From assembly GCA_963727455.1 (NCBI GenBank), contig CAVSGG010000009.1, positions 64,001-128,000 on the forward strand: a stretch of 64,000 bases of DNA, written 5' to 3'. The notes beneath the pieces are model-generated. The model ran no database searches and had not been told where the DNA came from. It was given only the letters and a program-made list of their open reading frames with translations. This document shows positions 18,145 to 27,247 of the stretch, piece after piece. Origin of the DNA: Candidatus Krumholzibacteriota bacterium (GTDB taxonomy: Bacteria; Krumholzibacteriota; Krumholzibacteriia; JAJRXK01). How positions within the stretch are numbered: position 1 is the stretch's first letter; every line of letters begins with the position of its first letter. The translations under genes and the position numbers were made by a program.

Positions 18145-19673
18145 CACTCTCCCCCTCCCAATCGCAGAGCGGAGAGCTGGGACCAGGGACCGGGAATCTC
18201 CTGTCCCACCGCGGCTTGAACACCCGGCAGCGCAGCGCCGGGAGCTCGGCTCAAAATGGCGGCGGCAACGGCCAGCGATGCAAAATCCTCGCCCGGTGCG
18301 CAGCCGCTTTCCGACTTCCAGTTCTTGAAGTGCTGCGGCAAGAAGCCGGTGTGGGTGTGGCCCTGAGCGAACTGCGGATGCGCGAGGATCGCGTGCAGGT
18401 AGGAGAGGTTGCTCCCTACTCCCAAGAGGACGGTCTCGCGCAGGGCTTGCAGCATGCGGCGCCTGGCGCCGTCACGATCTTCCGCCCAGGTGGACAGTTT
18501 CGCGATGAGAGGATCGTAGTAGAGGGAAACCTCGGCTCCGGTGGTGATTCCCGTGTCCACCCGGACTCCCGGTCCGGCGGGAGCCTCGAAGAGCAGCACT
18601 CTGCCGGTTCGCGGCATGAAGCCCTCTGAGGGATCCTCGGCGTAGAGGCGCGCCTCGATGCTGTGCCCGCGCGAGCTGATCTCATCCTGTTCCAGTGTGA
18701 TCGCTTCACCCTGGGCAACGCGGATCTGCTGCGCCACGAGGTCGACTCCGGTCACCCATTCGGTGATGGGATGCTCCACCTGCAGGCGGGTATTCATTTC
18801 CAAAAAGAAGAACTCGCCGCTCTCGTCCAGCAGCATTTCCACCGTGCCCGCGCCGGTGTAGGACACGGCGCGCGCCGCTTTGACCGCGGTCTCGTGCATG
18901 CGAGCGCGCAGAGTATCGTCCAGCAATGGCGCCGGCGACTCCTCGATGATCTTCTGGTGACGGCGCTGAATGGAACACTCGCGTTCCATCAAATGCAGCA
19001 CCTTCCCGTGCGTATCGCCCAACACCTGCACCTCGACGTGGCGCGGGCGGGTGAGCAGTCGCTCCAGATAGACTTCCTCGTTGCCGAAGGCGGAGAGCGC
19101 TTCGCGGCGCGCCGCGGCCACCGCATCCTTCAGGTCCTCGGGCGCCTGAACCGCGCGCATTCCCTTGCCACCACCACCGGCCGAGGCCTTCACGAGCAGA
19201 GGGAAGCCCACGCTCTGGGCGGTTTTCATCATCGCCGAGGCGGATGCTCCGGATTCGAGCAGGGCGCCGGGAACCACGGGAACATTCGCCTGTTCCATGC
19301 GCGCCCGCGCGCGCGTCTTCAGCCCCATCTCCTCGATGACGCGAGGCGTGGGCCCGATGAAGATCAGGCCGGCGTCGGCGCAGGCTGCTGCGAATTCCGC
19401 GTTCTCCGCCAAGAATCCGTAGCCCGGGTGGACGGCATCGCAGCCGGTGCGGCGCGCCGCGTCCAGAATTTTCTCCACCACGAGGTAGCTCTTGCTCGCT
19501 TCGGCCTCGCCGATGTCCACCACTTCGTTCGCCAACTGTGCGTGCAGCGAGAAGCGATCCGCCTCGCTGGCCACCGCCACGCACGAAATGCCGAGTTCGT
19601 GGCAGGCCCGCATCACCCGCACCGCGATTTCGCCGCGGTTGGCCACCAGAATGCGCCGGATGGGCTGACTCAT
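18144..19673 (-). CDS. Biotin carboxylase subunit of an acyl-CoA (methylcrotonyl/geranyl-CoA type) carboxylase
   Basis: ILVANRGEIA, HPGYGFLAEN, GGGGKGMR, ERECSIQRRHQK, EMNTRLQVEHP. Confidence 0.95.
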   Translation of the reverse strand: MSQPIRRILVANRGEIAVRVMRACHELGISCVAVASEADRFSLHAQLANEVVDIGEAEASKSYLVVEKILDAARRTGCDAVHPGYGFLAENAEFAAACADAGLIFIGPTPRVIEEMGLKTRARARMEQANVPVVPGALLESGASASAMMKTAQSVGFPLLVKASAGGGGKGMRAVQAPEDLKDAVAAARREALSAFGNEEVYLERLLTRPRHVEVQVLGDTHGKVLHLMERECSIQRRHQKIIEESPAPLLDDTLRARMHETAVKAARAVSYTGAGTVEMLLDESGEFFFLEMNTRLQVEHPITEWVTGVDLVAQQIRVAQGEAITLEQDEISSRGHSIEARLYAEDPSEGFMPRTGRVLLFEAPAGPGVRVDTGITTGAEVSLYYDPLIAKLSTWAEDRDGARRRMLQALRETVLLGVGSNLSYLHAILAHPQFAQGHTHTGFLPQHFKNWKSESGCAPGEDFASLAVAAAILSRAPGAALPGVQAAVGQEIPGPWSQLSALRLGGGE

Positions 19674-20467
19674 CCTTCCTCCTCGAACGCGTCCACCCAC
19701 TTGGTGGGACGTTTCTCGAAGTACGCGGCAAAGCCTTCCTTGGCTTCCGCGGTTGCACGTTGGCTGGCAATGTACTCGGGGGTGCGCTTGCACGCCTCGG
19801 CCAGCGGCAAACTCCCGATTTCGTCCAGGAGTCGCTTGCACGCGGCCTGGGCCAAGGGACCACCCAGACTCAATTCCTTCAACATGACATCGACTTCGGC
19901 GTCCAGCTCTTCCGGTGCCGCCACCTCGTCCACCAGTCCCAAACGCTGCGCCTTCTCCGTGGTGAAGATCTGCGTGCTCAAGAAGAGCGTACGGCAGGCC
20001 CCGGGTCCCAGGCGCCGCAGCACGAAAGGAGCGATCACCGCCGGCAGGATCCCCAGACGCGCTTCGGTCAGCCCAAACTTGGTTCCTTCCGCCGCCACCA
20101 CCAGATCCGCGGCCGCGACAAGCCCCAATCCACCGCCGATCGCGGCGCCCTGCACTCTGGCCACCACCGGCTTGCTGCAAGCGGAGATGCTCTCGTAGAG
20201 GCCGCTCAAGAGGCGCGCGTCGGCCAGGTTGTCCTGGTGGTCGTACTCGGCCAGACGGCGCATGTAATTGATGTCCGCCCCGGCGCAGAAGCTCTTGCCC
20301 TCCCCGCTCAGAAGGACGAAGCGCACCGCCGTATCGTCCGCCGCGGCGCGCACGGCTGCGGTGAGTTCCTGGATGAGTTCCTCGTCCAGGGCGTTGCGAA
20401 TCTCGGGCCGGTTCAGTCGCAACTCGCGAGTACTGCCCTTGTCGAGTCGGATCAGCTTGTCACTCAT
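19670..20467 (-). CDS. Enoyl-CoA hydratase (methylglutaconyl-CoA hydratase LiuC/AtuE type)
   Basis: LNRPEIRNA, FCAGAD, AIGGGLGLVAAAD, FGLTEARLGILPAVIAPFV. Confidence 0.9.
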   Translation of the reverse strand: MSDKLIRLDKGSTRELRLNRPEIRNALDEELIQELTAAVRAAADDTAVRFVLLSGEGKSFCAGADINYMRRLAEYDHQDNLADARLLSGLYESISACSKPVVARVQGAAIGGGLGLVAAADLVVAAEGTKFGLTEARLGILPAVIAPFVLRRLGPGACRTLFLSTQIFTTEKAQRLGLVDEVAAPEELDAEVDVMLKELSLGGPLAQAACKRLLDEIGSLPLAEACKRTPEYIASQRATAEAKEGFAAYFEKRPTKWVDAFEEEG

Positions 20468-20476
20468 GCTACCTCT

Positions 20477-22270
20477 CTATCGGCTCGTGTCCGCCGCTTT
20501 CACCAGTGCCTCGTCCACTTCGAACTCCATGGCCAAGAGCGCATGCGAGTAGGTCTTGCCCTGCGCGTCGATGTGCAAGGAGAAGGTTCCCCCGCCACCC
20601 AGAGATTCGTGGAGCAGGAAATTCAAGGCATGCAGGTTGGGAACCTCGTAGCGCTCCACCTTGCCGTGACAGATTCCCGTGAACCTCTTCTTCACCGTCT
20701 CGGCGCTGAGCGTCTCTTTCAGCCAGGGATAGATGCTCGGGTGGCGCGCGATGACTCCGATGTTGCTCGTGTCGCCCTTGTCGCCGCTGCGTCCGTGGGC
20801 CAGTCGGTTCAGAGGCACTTTCACGAGCTTCCCACTCGGCTTTGGCGCTTCGGCCTTCGGGTCCTCCACTTTCGCCTCACAGCGCCCGTCCCCTTTACCC
20901 ACGCCGAAGGGCACTTCGAGAGACTCGGTTCCTTCGGGTCCGGAGACTTCCACCACCGCCTTACAGAGGCTGCGTTGGATCAGGCAGGGCCAGTAACCCA
21001 CGACCTCCTGCACTCGCGGCCTTCCGCCGGTCACTGCGACACCGGGGGGGCCGGAGAGAATCAGGGCCGCGAGCATCTTGGAAAATGCGGTGACCTTCTC
21101 GTGGCTCTCGTCGCGCACCCCCAGGCGCAGATAGATCTCGCTGGCATCGTGCGTGGGGGACATGGGACCCCAGGTGGAATCGGCGCCCACGAACTCGGCC
21201 AGGTGCTCCTGGTACGCAGGCAGTCGATTCCAGAGAATGTCCGCGAAGGTCTCCCCCTTGGATCGCGCCTCGGGGCCACAGATGATGACCGCTCCGCTGG
21301 CCTTGTATCCCTCATGGAGGCTGGCGGAGATCTTGAGAGTATCGGTGGGGGGCGCGCCCTTGATCCCCCATACCCGCACGCGATCCTTGCCCGCCTGCTC
21401 CAGTCGAATCGAGCTGAATGCGGCCACCACGTCCGGCGTGATGTAGGAATTCGGATCGCCCATTTCGTAGACGAGCTGTTCCTTGACCGTCTCCACGCTC
21501 ACCAGGCCACCGGTGCCTTCGTGTTTGGTCACGATGAACGAGCCATCGGGATTCATTTCGACGATGGGGTATCCGATCTCGTGGTAGCTCGGCACCCTGC
21601 GCCAGTCGGTGAAATTGCCGCCCGTGCTCTGGGCGCCGCATTCCAGAATGTGCCCGGCCACGATTCCGGCCGCGAGCTGGTCGTAGTCGTCCCACTTCCA
21701 ACCGAAGCGGTGGATCATCGGCGCCAAGGAGATGCCGGTATCGGTGACGCGGCCGGTGACGATGACCTGGGCATCGAGCTTCAAGGCCTCCACCACCGGA
21801 GCGGCCCCGAAGTAGACGTTCGCGCTGGTGAACTTCCCCACGGCCTGCGAGAAGGCCCGCCCGTCGTCCATGTTGGAGAGGGGCTCGCCCTGCTGGTGCC
21901 AAGCCGACATCTGGGCCAGCACTTCGTCGCCCGCCACGAGCCCGACCTTGAGCGTGCTGTTGCCCTCCTGGGCGATACGCAGCAGTTCATCGCGGCAGGA
22001 GAAGGGATTCACTCCGCCCGCATTGGTGATGATCCTGGTCCCCTTCTGGTCCAAGAGAGGCAGGATTTCACGTACCTGATCCACGAAGTCGCGCGCATAG
22101 CCCAGCTCCAAGTTGCGGCTGCGCTGCTTCTGGAGGATGGACATCGTAATCTCGGCCAGATAGTCGATGGTGATGACGTCCAGCGGCCCGCCTTCGAGCT
22201 GTCGTTTCAACACACTGAGATCGTCACCCCAGTAGCCGCCGGCGTTGGCAATACGTATGGCTTGCGTCAC
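20477..22270 (-). CDS. atuA: Acyclic terpene utilization AtuA family protein
   Basis: IRIANAGGYWGD, DYLAEITMSIL, GHILECGAQSTGGNF, EQLVYEMGDP, RSGDKGD, DAQGKTY. Confidence 0.92.
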   Translation of the reverse strand: MTQAIRIANAGGYWGDDLSVLKRQLEGGPLDVITIDYLAEITMSILQKQRSRNLELGYARDFVDQVREILPLLDQKGTRIITNAGGVNPFSCRDELLRIAQEGNSTLKVGLVAGDEVLAQMSAWHQQGEPLSNMDDGRAFSQAVGKFTSANVYFGAAPVVEALKLDAQVIVTGRVTDTGISLAPMIHRFGWKWDDYDQLAAGIVAGHILECGAQSTGGNFTDWRRVPSYHEIGYPIVEMNPDGSFIVTKHEGTGGLVSVETVKEQLVYEMGDPNSYITPDVVAAFSSIRLEQAGKDRVRVWGIKGAPPTDTLKISASLHEGYKASGAVIICGPEARSKGETFADILWNRLPAYQEHLAEFVGADSTWGPMSPTHDASEIYLRLGVRDESHEKVTAFSKMLAALILSGPPGVAVTGGRPRVQEVVGYWPCLIQRSLCKAVVEVSGPEGTESLEVPFGVGKGDGRCEAKVEDPKAEAPKPSGKLVKVPLNRLAHGRSGDKGDTSNIGVIARHPSIYPWLKETLSAETVKKRFTGICHGKVERYEVPNLHALNFLLHESLGGGGTFSLHIDAQGKTYSHALLAMEFEVDEALVKAADTSR

Positions 22271-22462
22271 CTTGAAGTTCCTTTGCGCGAATTGAGGCTC
22301 AGAATGGGCACTCGTGCCCTTCCCGGCACCGGACGAAGCGGCGGGGACGGAAATGGGAGTATAGGGGCCACCTCGAAACTCGTCCACCAGACCCCTGGCC
22401 CAATCGCAACTTGGCTGCTAGGCTGGACTCGTATACACCGACGCAATGAGACGGGAGGAACC

Positions 22463-23878
22463 ATGGACCTGAAGAAGCTGCAGAACCGCGTGGATCAAAC
22501 TTGGGAAGAGGAAATTCTGCCTACCATCGCCGAGTATATCGCCATTCCCAACAAATCTCCGATGTTCGACCCGGAATGGGAGGACCACGGCCACATGGAG
22601 AAGGCGGTGCAGCTTCTGAGCTCTTGGGCCAAGGAGCGCAAGCTCGAGGGGATGAAACTCGAGGTGGTCCGCCTGAAGGGGCGCACCCCCCTCATCTTCG
22701 CGGAGATTCCCGGCGACGGTGATGAAACGGTTTTGCTCTACGGGCACCTCGACAAGCAGCCGGAGATGGTCGGCTGGGACGAGGGCAAGGGACCATGGAC
22801 CCCGGTGATGCAGGACGGAAAGCTCTACGGCCGCGGTGGAGCGGACGACGGCTACGCCATCTTCGCGGCCCTGACCGCCATCGAGAAGGTGCAAGAACAG
22901 GGGCTGAAGCACGCTCGCTGCGTGGTGGTGATCGAGGCCTGCGAGGAGAGTGGCAGCCCCGATCTGCCCGCCTACATCGAACACCTCTCCGACCGCATCG
23001 GCACCCCGAGCCTCGTGGTCTGTCTCGACTCGGGCTGTGGCAACTACGAACAGCTCTGGAGCACCACCAGCTTGCGCGGCAACGTCACCGGCAAGCTGAC
23101 GATCAAGCTACTCACCGAAGGAGTGCATTCGGGAGATGGCAGTGGGGTCGTCGCCGAGAGTTTTCGGGTGGCGAGGGCTCTGCTGAGCCGCATCGAGGAC
23201 CAGGAGACCGGCGAGATCTTGCTTCCCGAACTCAACATCGACATCCCAAAAGAGAGAATCGAACAGGCCAAGGTCGTCGCGGACATCTTGGGCGACAATG
23301 TCTACGAGCAGTTCCCCTTGAATCCGGGAACAAAGCCGACTACCAGCGACAAGACCGAATTGGTCCTGCGGCGCACCTGGCGTCCGACTCTCTGCGTTAC
23401 CGGAGCCGATGGATTCCCCAGCGTACGCAACGCGGGCAACGTGTTGCGCCCGGAGACGATCTTCAAGCTGTCCTTCCGCTTGCCGCCTACCGCCGACCCC
23501 AAGCTGGCGGCGAATCGTCTGAAAGAGGTCTTCGAAACCAACCCGCCGTATGATGCGCGGATCGAATTTGAATTCGATTCGCCCGCGGCGGGCTGGGACG
23601 CCCCCCCTCTCGCAAGGTGGCTGGAGGAGTCTCTGGAAGACGCGTCGAAGGCCTTCTTCGGCAAACCCGCGTGTTACATGGGCGAGGGCGGGAGCATTCC
23701 CTTCATGTCCATGCTGGGCAAACGCTATCCCAAAGCTCAGTTTCTGATCACCGGGGTTTTGGGACCCTCATCCAACGCGCACGGCCCGAACGAGTTTCTG
23801 CACGTGGCGACCGCGAAAAGAGTGACGGCTTGCGTAGCGAAACTTCTTTCCGATCACCACGACGCGTTCGCGAAGTAG
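22463..23878 (+). CDS. M20/M25/M40 family metallopeptidase
   Basis: YGHLDKQP, LYGRGGADDG, EACEESGS, GEGGSIP, NAHGPNE; SD GGAGG before ATG 22463. Confidence 0.93.
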   Translation: MDLKKLQNRVDQTWEEEILPTIAEYIAIPNKSPMFDPEWEDHGHMEKAVQLLSSWAKERKLEGMKLEVVRLKGRTPLIFAEIPGDGDETVLLYGHLDKQPEMVGWDEGKGPWTPVMQDGKLYGRGGADDGYAIFAALTAIEKVQEQGLKHARCVVVIEACEESGSPDLPAYIEHLSDRIGTPSLVVCLDSGCGNYEQLWSTTSLRGNVTGKLTIKLLTEGVHSGDGSGVVAESFRVARALLSRIEDQETGEILLPELNIDIPKERIEQAKVVADILGDNVYEQFPLNPGTKPTTSDKTELVLRRTWRPTLCVTGADGFPSVRNAGNVLRPETIFKLSFRLPPTADPKLAANRLKEVFETNPPYDARIEFEFDSPAAGWDAPPLARWLEESLEDASKAFFGKPACYMGEGGSIPFMSMLGKRYPKAQFLITGVLGPSSNAHGPNEFLHVATAKRVTACVAKLLSDHHDAFAK

Positions 23879-23970
23879 CCGGTTTTCAGTTCCGGCCGGG
23901 CAACTAGCCGGTACTCGGGACCGGCGCGGCAACTAGCCGGTATTCAAGCCCAGCGCGCGAACTAGCCGCG
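23873..23970. repeat. 29-bp-period degenerate array between convergent genes
   Basis: AA(G/C)TAGCCG starts at 23873, 23902, 23931 and 23960. Confidence 0.85.
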
Positions 23971-25308
23971 ATGCCCGGGAACGCTTCCACGCGAGAGGTC
24001 TTCGCGACCGTTCTCGGTGCAGAGGATGTCGTCCTCGATGCGCGCCCCTCCGCAGAGCAACAGCTCGTCGATCAGCTTCCAGTTGAACGCGGAGGAGTGC
24101 TCGCCCTGGCGGAACGGCTCCAGCAACATCGCGATGAAATAAATTCCCGGCTCGATGGTGAGAACCTGGCCCGCCGCCATCGCGCGTGTGGTCCGCAGGT
24201 AAGCGTGGCGCGCCGGAGGACTCAGAGTGCCCCCTTGGGGAGACTCCTGCCGCCCTCCCACATCGTGCACCTGAAGCCCGAGATGGTGTCCCAGTCCGTG
24301 GGGGAAAAAGGGATCGGTGAGACCCTTTTCGAAGGCCTCGTCCGGCTTCACTTTGAGGATCGAGAGTTCGCAGAGAATCTTGGCCACGCCACGGTGTGCG
24401 GTTTCGTGGAGCTCCAGATAGGAGCGCCCCGGTCCCACTCCCTGCACCAGCTCTCGCTGCAAGAGATCGAGATGGTTGACGAGTTCCCGAAACTCCCGGT
24501 GCGCCGCGGCTTGCGGGTAAGTACGGGTGATGTCACTCGCGTACCCGTAGACGGAAGCCCCCGCATCTACCAGCAGGTTCAAGGTCGCTGACGGCGCTTG
24601 AATCTGTTTGCTCTGATAGTGAAGCACCGCCGAGTGCTCGTTCCAGGCGATGATGTTGGTGTAGGGAACTTCGTTCTCCAGATGTTCGGTCGCGGCGAGA
24701 TAGCCCGCGTGCATGGTACGCTCGGAACGACCTTGCTCCGCATCGCTACGAACCACCGCGTGTCCGCGAGCGGCCCTTCGCACCGCGCCGCGGATACACT
24801 CCACTTCATACGCGGTTTTCAACCCTCGATCCCAATCCAGCCGCGCCATCAGCTCCTCAGGTTCGACCTTCTCCTTTTCGATGCCGAGTGCGCGCGCCGT
24901 TCCGCGATCCGGGCCGACGTAGGCCATCCCCGAAAGATCTCCGGCCGCGTTGACCGCCGCTTTGGCATCGGCCACCGTCTCCACGCAGAGGCTCGTCATG
25001 TAGGGATGCTCCGGGTCGGGCGGTGTTTCGTACCAGTAGTCTCTCGGAACCACCTTCACCAGGGTGGGCAACTCGCCGGGACGAAAAATGAGCAGATGAT
25101 CCGGCCCGTTCAGCGGGGCCCAGCGCGCGAAGTGGAAACTGGGCTTGAAGGGGACGGGTTGATCGTCCGCGTGGTAGAGAAGATCTCCGCCTGCCGCGAA
25201 TACGATCCCGCGAAATTCTGTGCCCTCGCTTGCCAGCTCCTTCAGAATCGCCGAGTTGCGCTTTGATAGCTCTTCCACGTGCTCTCGGTAACTCGCTTTC
25301 AGATCCAT
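23962..25308 (-). CDS. pepQ: Xaa-Pro dipeptidase (prolidase)
   Basis: LLVDAGA..YASDITRT, FFPHGLGHHLGLQVHDVGG, TIEPGIYFI, GGARIEDD. Confidence 0.92.
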   Translation of the reverse strand: MDLKASYREHVEELSKRNSAILKELASEGTEFRGIVFAAGGDLLYHADDQPVPFKPSFHFARWAPLNGPDHLLIFRPGELPTLVKVVPRDYWYETPPDPEHPYMTSLCVETVADAKAAVNAAGDLSGMAYVGPDRGTARALGIEKEKVEPEELMARLDWDRGLKTAYEVECIRGAVRRAARGHAVVRSDAEQGRSERTMHAGYLAATEHLENEVPYTNIIAWNEHSAVLHYQSKQIQAPSATLNLLVDAGASVYGYASDITRTYPQAAAHREFRELVNHLDLLQRELVQGVGPGRSYLELHETAHRGVAKILCELSILKVKPDEAFEKGLTDPFFPHGLGHHLGLQVHDVGGRQESPQGGTLSPPARHAYLRTTRAMAAGQVLTIEPGIYFIAMLLEPFRQGEHSSAFNWKLIDELLLCGGARIEDDILCTENGREDLSRGSVPGHRG

Positions 25309-25400
25309 GCATCTCCTCCAATGCTGCAAGGCAGCGATGCTCACGGTCACGGGCCCGCGGGGCAGTGTTTGTCGAGGGGCGCGCTAGAGTCGCGTGAGGG

Positions 25401-27008
25401 CTAGAAACGAAATACGCCGTAATCCGTTTTCTGCAAGGGCGCGTTGAATGACATCTCCAGGGATAGACCCAGAAGGTCACGCGTTTGCAGAGGGTCGATG
25501 ATTCCGTCGTCCCAAAGCCGCGCCGTCGAGTAATAGGGGGAGCTCTCCTGCGCATACTTGTCGAGAATGGGCTGCTTGAAAGCGTCTACCTCTTCCTGGG
25601 ACATGGACTCACCCTTGCGCGCGAGCTGCTCCTGTTTGACCGTGGCCAATACCCCCGCCGCCTGCTCACCACCCATGACACTGATACGGCTGCCGGGCCA
25701 CATGAAGAGGAGGCGCGGCTGGTACGCTCGCCCGCACATGCCGTAGTTTCCCGCCCCGTGACTGCCGCCGATGATGATGGTGAATTTGGGTACGGCGGCA
25801 TTGGCCACCGCGTTGACCATCTTGGCTCCGTCTTTGGCGATTCCGCCCTGCTCGTACTTCTTGCCGACCATGTAGCCGGTGATGTTCTGCAGAAAGAGGA
25901 GCGGGATTCCACGTGCGCAGCACAGTTGCACGAAGTGAGTGACCTTCAGCGCGCTCTCGCTGAAAAGAACTCCGTTGTTGGCGACGATCCCGAGTTCGTA
26001 ACCGTGCAAGCGGGCGAAACCGGTGACCACCGTCGTGCCGTAACGTTCCTTGAATTCGTGGAAACGCGAACCGTCGACCAGGCGCGCGATGACTTCGCGC
26101 ACTTCGAAGGGACGGCGCGGGTCCTCGGGCAGGATCCCCAATAGCTCTTCGGGGTCGAAATGCGGATCCTCGGGAGCTTGCCGCGGAACTGCCGCCTTCT
26201 TCACGGTGGCCAGGTTCTCCACCATGTTGCGAACGATACTCAGCGCGTGCGCATCATCGTTGGCGAGAGTGTCCGCTACCCCACTGATGCGCGTGTGTAC
26301 GTCTCCCCCACCGAGTTCCTCAGCGCTGACCTCCTCTCCGGTCGCGGCTTTGACCAGGGGGGGACCACCCAGGAAAATGGTGCCCTGCTCCTTCACGATC
26401 ACGACTTCGTCGCTCATGGCGGGGACGTAGGCTCCGCCGGCGGTGCACGAACCCAGGACGGCGGAAATCTGGGGAATGCCCCGGGCACTCATCTGCGCCT
26501 GATTGTAGAAAATGCGACCGAAGTGTTCACGATCGGGAAAAACCTCGGCCTGCAGCGGCAAAAAAGCGCCGCCGCTGTCCACCAGATAGACGCAGGGAAG
26601 GTGATTCTCCAGCGCAATCTCCTGGGCGCGCAGGTGTTTCTTGACGGTGAGCGGGTGATAGGTTCCCCCCTTCACCGTGGCATCGTTGGCGACGATCATC
26701 ACCTGACGTCCATGCAGGTTGCCGATGCCGGTCACGATCCCCGCGGCAGGGACCGGCGAGCGATACACTTGGTGCGCGGCCAGGGGCGACAATTCCAAGA
26801 AGGGGCTACCCTGATCCAGAAGAGCGTCGATCCGGTCGCGTACCAGCAGCTTTCCGCGGCTCTGATGGAGTTCTCGCGCCTTTTGGCTTCCGCCGAGCCG
26901 GACCTGGGCCAGAGCTTCCTTCAGCTCCTTGGCGCGGGCGCGGTTGACCTCTTGATTGCGCTTGAAGTCCGGCGAGTTGGGAAGAACGGCACTCGAGAGC
27001 CTGCGCAC
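25401..27008 (-). CDS. Carboxyltransferase subunit (methylcrotonyl-CoA carboxylase beta type)
   Basis: [55 protein letters not shown]; GTG 27008 with GGAGG. Confidence 0.95.
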   Translation of the reverse strand: MRRLSSAVLPNSPDFKRNQEVNRARAKELKEALAQVRLGGSQKARELHQSRGKLLVRDRIDALLDQGSPFLELSPLAAHQVYRSPVPAAGIVTGIGNLHGRQVMIVANDATVKGGTYHPLTVKKHLRAQEIALENHLPCVYLVDSGGAFLPLQAEVFPDREHFGRIFYNQAQMSARGIPQISAVLGSCTAGGAYVPAMSDEVVIVKEQGTIFLGGPPLVKAATGEEVSAEELGGGDVHTRISGVADTLANDDAHALSIVRNMVENLATVKKAAVPRQAPEDPHFDPEELLGILPEDPRRPFEVREVIARLVDGSRFHEFKERYGTTVVTGFARLHGYELGIVANNGVLFSESALKVTHFVQLCCARGIPLLFLQNITGYMVGKKYEQGGIAKDGAKMVNAVANAAVPKFTIIIGGSHGAGNYGMCGRAYQPRLLFMWPGSRISVMGGEQAAGVLATVKQEQLARKGESMSQEEVDAFKQPILDKYAQESSPYYSTARLWDDGIIDPLQTRDLLGLSLEMSFNAPLQKTDYGVFRF

Positions 27009-27247
27009 GGCGAGCCTCCGGCTGAGGGGGTGAAAGTGGGTCCGCCATCGGCTCGCTTCGCCTTGCCGCCAGCGACCGCAAAGAAGCAGTGTAGAAGCCC
27101 TGCGGGCGCGCGTAAAGAGCCGCGAGGGACAGCCAGGAGGCTTCGTGATAGGCTGACGGTGTGCCCTGTGCGGCGAAAGGTACGAAACCGACATTGCGCT
27201 GGCGCGTATGGGTTCAGGAGCGCGCCGTTTTGCCTTGGGGAGGATCC

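Noticed and set aside
17638-19673. Frameshift splitting a carboxylase alpha subunit
   Set aside because: The junction has an SD-like GGAG and overlapping stop/start (GTGATG), typical of genuinely separate, coupled genes.
19538-22462. N-terminal 975 aa of the 1446-aa ORF (giant M20 fusion)
   Set aside because: Antisense to atuA and the hydratase; the real M20 start is ATG 22463 with an SD.
23873-23970. CRISPR/TIGR-like guide array
   Set aside because: Tails resemble each other (decayed tandem duplication) and no nuclease or Nop-domain gene is adjacent.
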